DNA of 64,000 bases from NCBI GenBank assembly GCA_947259735.1, contig CAMYNN010000001.1:40409-104408 (forward strand), in the 5' to 3' direction. This stretch comes from Thermodesulfovibrionia bacterium. GTDB lineage: Bacteria; Nitrospirota; Thermodesulfovibrionia; UBA6902. A program made the position numbers and the translations under genes. The notes under the pieces were generated by a model. It was given only the letters and a program-made list of their open reading frames with translations. It had not been told where the DNA came from and did not search any database. Below, in pieces: positions 61,515 to 64,000 of this stretch (position 1 is the stretch's first letter; the number at the start of each line of letters is the position of its first letter).

Positions 61515-61838
61515 TGTTATCCTTACTGTGGTACAGAATCTCCACTGATGGATGATCCAATTACCTATGCGAAGCAGACCATGTATTTATTTGAATGTAT
61601 TACCGTTCATCTATGTTTAAATTATCGGAATAAAAGGGGGATATCTTTAGCATCAAAGCATTGTTCTCAATGTTTGAATGTCAGAGAGAAAGGACGGTGG
61701 GTGAATTATATGATTAGCTTGCTTAGCGAGCTTCATGGAGGACGTTGTGAGCCCAGCAACGGTAAGGCAGCGGGGTATGTCACATGGTGCAGCAGGGAAG
61801 AATAAACAGAATACCTGCAGGGAAGCACTGCACCCTGT

Positions 61839-63143
61839 TTACCCTGTCTCATTTAAGGCCGTCATATCGCCGGGTACATCATTTTCTGTCATTACCATGT
61901 TTCTCCCCGACCGCTTGGCGAAGTAAAGAGCTGTATCAGCTCTTTCAAATACCCGCGTAGAGTCATCGCCTTCCCTGAATGTGCTGATACCGACGCTTAC
62001 CGTGAGGGGTATGTCCTTCCCTTTATAGGAAAAGATGGCTTCATCTATATATTCCCTTATGCCTTCTCCAGCCTTCTCGGCACCGGTGAGATCCGTATGG
62101 GGAAGAATAGCCACAAATTCTTCCCCCCCGTATCGTGCTACATAATCATTTGTCCGCAAGCGTTTTTTCAGCAGAGAAGCTATTTTAACAAGGGCAAGGT
62201 CCCCAACTTTGTGGCCGAAGGTGTCGTTAATGTTCTTGAAAAAATCTATGTCGCAGATCAACAGAGATGCCTGCACATTATACCTGTCGAGATTGGCCAG
62301 TGTTTCTGTTATTCTTTGATCATAGGCTTTCCGGTTAAAGAGGCCGGTGAGATTGTCACGGAATGATTCATACTGCATTTCCCGTGCTTTTCTACGCATC
62401 TCTTCAGCTTCAGCTCTAATGGCTTCTATCTGAACATTCATGTATTTCAATGAATCCTCTGTCTCTTTAAGGCGCACTATGTCCTGATCTCTCCTCTTTT
62501 TGATGCATTTGTTGATATTGCCGATCTTGCTTAACACGGCATTTTTGATGCTGTCGATGCTCCCCTCGGTGTCAAAATCCTTTTTAATGGAAGAGATGTC
62601 AGAATAGATAAATTCATCGGCCTGCCTGTCACTGCTGTATTTTTTCTGCTGGGTATATACTTCTTTTGACAACTGCCGTTCCGTTTCACCAAGATACTGC
62701 ATAGTCTGAACGATGAAGTTTTCCATTTCATTGTTGCGTACCGAAATAGAATCAATATATTTCTTTATTATCTGGATTGGTGAATCGAGCCAGTCTGTAG
62801 ACTTGCCGGCAAGTACTTTATCATCCAGCTTTCCTTTCAGATCATCGAGGTTGTCAATCATGGAGCTTGGCACCAGTTCAGAAAACCTGTCCAGTATCTT
62901 TGTTGATAATTCCCTCAGATATTGAGGGGTTATATCACTCTGTGGCGTTATTGATGTGGTGCCTGAAAGAAGTTTCTTTACAGGATCACTCCAGAACATT
63001 TTATCGGCTATGAGTTTGCTGTCAATCTGTTTTCTGTTATCATGTGAAAGCTCTTTCAGTATTTTAAGGACTTCATCGGCAAAAACAGATATTTTTTCCT
63101 CGTAATGAAGGTTCTGATCGAAAAGTTCAGCTGATTGATTCAC
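61839..63143 (-). CDS. GGDEF diguanylate cyclase with an uncharacterised ~270-aa helical N-terminal domain. GTG start.
   Basis: RxxD I-site and GGEEF. An AGGAGG RBS precedes the GTG at 63143. Confidence 0.8.
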   Translation of the reverse strand: MNQSAELFDQNLHYEEKISVFADEVLKILKELSHDNRKQIDSKLIADKMFWSDPVKKLLSGTTSITPQSDITPQYLRELSTKILDRFSELVPSSMIDNLDDLKGKLDDKVLAGKSTDWLDSPIQIIKKYIDSISVRNNEMENFIVQTMQYLGETERQLSKEVYTQQKKYSSDRQADEFIYSDISSIKKDFDTEGSIDSIKNAVLSKIGNINKCIKKRRDQDIVRLKETEDSLKYMNVQIEAIRAEAEEMRRKAREMQYESFRDNLTGLFNRKAYDQRITETLANLDRYNVQASLLICDIDFFKNINDTFGHKVGDLALVKIASLLKKRLRTNDYVARYGGEEFVAILPHTDLTGAEKAGEGIREYIDEAIFSYKGKDIPLTVSVGISTFREGDDSTRVFERADTALYFAKRSGRNMVMTENDVPGDMTALNETG

Positions 63144-63176
63144 TTACGATACCTCCTGATTTGTCTTTTGCATGAG

Positions 63177-63204
63177 AAATCACTGCAGTAGTGCTTAGTG
63201 ATTT
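63177..63204. promoter_or_regulatory. Inverted repeat AAATCACT-N12-AGTGATTT in the 5' region of the GGDEF gene.
   Basis: Perfect 8-bp arms, 35-60 nt upstream of the GTG start on the minus strand. Confidence 0.3.
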
Positions 63205-63431
63205 ATCACACTTCAAATATAGGGGATAGCCCCATAATATTGTATCGGACTTTATTTTTAAAACTTGAATGCTATAAGAATATTATTTTTGAGATATTAG
63301 AAAACTACCCATATTTAAATGATAAAATAAGATATCAAAGACGGGATGGAGAGTGAAATCCTCGCAGGCACTCGTTAAACGATTGATGAGGAATTCAAGT
63401 GGATATCACAAATTGAAGGAGGACGATACTC

Positions 63432-64000
63432 TCAGACAGTGTTTGCGCTGTCTTTATGTAAAACATCATTCTCGCTTTTAACCTGGTTTCTGCCCGAACT
63501 CTTGGCAAGGTACAGAGCTTTGTCGGCTCTTTCAAAAGCGGTGCTGCTGTCATCTCCTTTTTGGAAAGAACTGACGCCGACACTTATTGTCAGAGGAATT
63601 TTCTCGTCCCTATAAGAAAACACCGATTTGTCAATGTATGCGCGGATCCCGTCTCCTGCCTTTACTGCACCGTCCAGATCGGTATCATAAAGAATAATGG
63701 CAAATTCCTCACCGCCGAACCGTGATATGAAGTCGATTGTCCGAAGACGTTCTGTAAGCAGGGCCCCCAGCTTTTTCAGGGCAAGGTCTCCTATCTTATG
63801 GCCGTAGGTGTCGTTTATTTTTTTGAAATAATCAATGTCGCAGATTAACAGAGAGGCCACCACATCATCATCTTCCAGGGTAGTAAGAAGTTCCTTCATT
63901 CTCTGGTCATAGGCCCGCCGGTTATAAAGACCCGTAAGTTTATCATGGACAGCGTCATATTCAATCTCATCAGACCTCTTTTGAATTTCATCAGCTTCAC
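63432..64000 (-). CDS. Paralogous GGDEF diguanylate cyclase. The N-terminus runs off the window.
   Basis: GGEEF, RxxD and a DKLTGLYNRRAYDQR domain start. The frame stays open to position 64000. Confidence 0.8.
   Translation of the reverse strand, partial: EADEIQKRSDEIEYDAVHDKLTGLYNRRAYDQRMKELLTTLEDDDVVASLLICDIDYFKKINDTYGHKIGDLALKKLGALLTERLRTIDFISRFGGEEFAIILYDTDLDGAVKAGDGIRAYIDKSVFSYRDEKIPLTISVGVSSFQKGDDSSTAFERADKALYLAKSSGRNQVKSENDVLHKDSANTV

Noticed and set aside
61509-61926. Two plus-strand ORFs (98 and 63 aa) between the GGDEF gene and the HEAT gene.
   Set aside because: They sit in the 324-bp intergenic region of a minus-strand operon. No RBS and no recognisable similarity.
1-64000. Scan for CRISPR arrays, IS/transposase or integrase genes, tRNA/rRNA genes and prophage hallmarks.
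   Set aside because: There is no regularly spaced repeat array. No ORF has a transposase, integrase or phage motif. No tRNA-like cloverleaf segment was found in the intergenic regions. The window appears to be core chromosome.

Overview
This is a 64-kb chromosomal window from a non-enteric, probably anaerobic bacterium. It is densely coding, with no rRNA, tRNA, CRISPR array or mobile element that I can recognise. No searches were run; every family call rests on motifs read directly from the six-frame translations, and coordinates were hand-counted.

Roughly the first 29 kb is housekeeping. The gene order is Bacillus-like: yicC-remA-gmk-rpoZ-coaBC-aroQ-pepP-efp-accBC-thiE. It also includes rpiB-glyA, nrdR, clpC, rpsU, asnS, an exeA/gspB-like pair, aat-clpA-clpS and ribF.

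The remainder is dominated by signalling and motility. It encodes four GGDEF diguanylate cyclases (one runs off the window end) and two HD-GYP domains; one of each sits in a single REC-GGDEF-HD-GYP protein. There is a tightly coupled CheY/CheC-like/PAS-GGDEF tricistron and two sigma-54 enhancer-binding response regulators. A sigma-54-promoted operon encodes an AMIN-TPR periplasmic protein, a cytoplasmic histidine kinase and a FleR/FlrC-like regulator. Directly downstream lies a flagellar block: flgBC-fliEFGHIJ, an flbB-like gene, fliK and flgDE.

The most unusual feature is a minus-strand chemosensory operon with no chemoreceptor gene. Its order is GGDEF, GGDEF, a HEAT-repeat protein, cheR, two cheY, cheA, a CheW-CheZ fusion, cheW, cheB, and a small Cys-rich 'two-CW'-like protein. 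The CheW-CheZ fusion retains the CheZ catalytic motif and C-terminal CheY-binding peptide. That fusion and the stand-alone Cys-rich protein are the best candidates for undescribed biology in this window.

Other points worth a second look are a 23-nt long-range inverted repeat with 16-bp-periodic direct repeats between ribF and clpS, a 617-bp gap holding two short plus-strand ORFs with ribosome-binding sites and hairpins, and well-formed sigma-54 promoters upstream of the AMIN-TPR gene and fliK.
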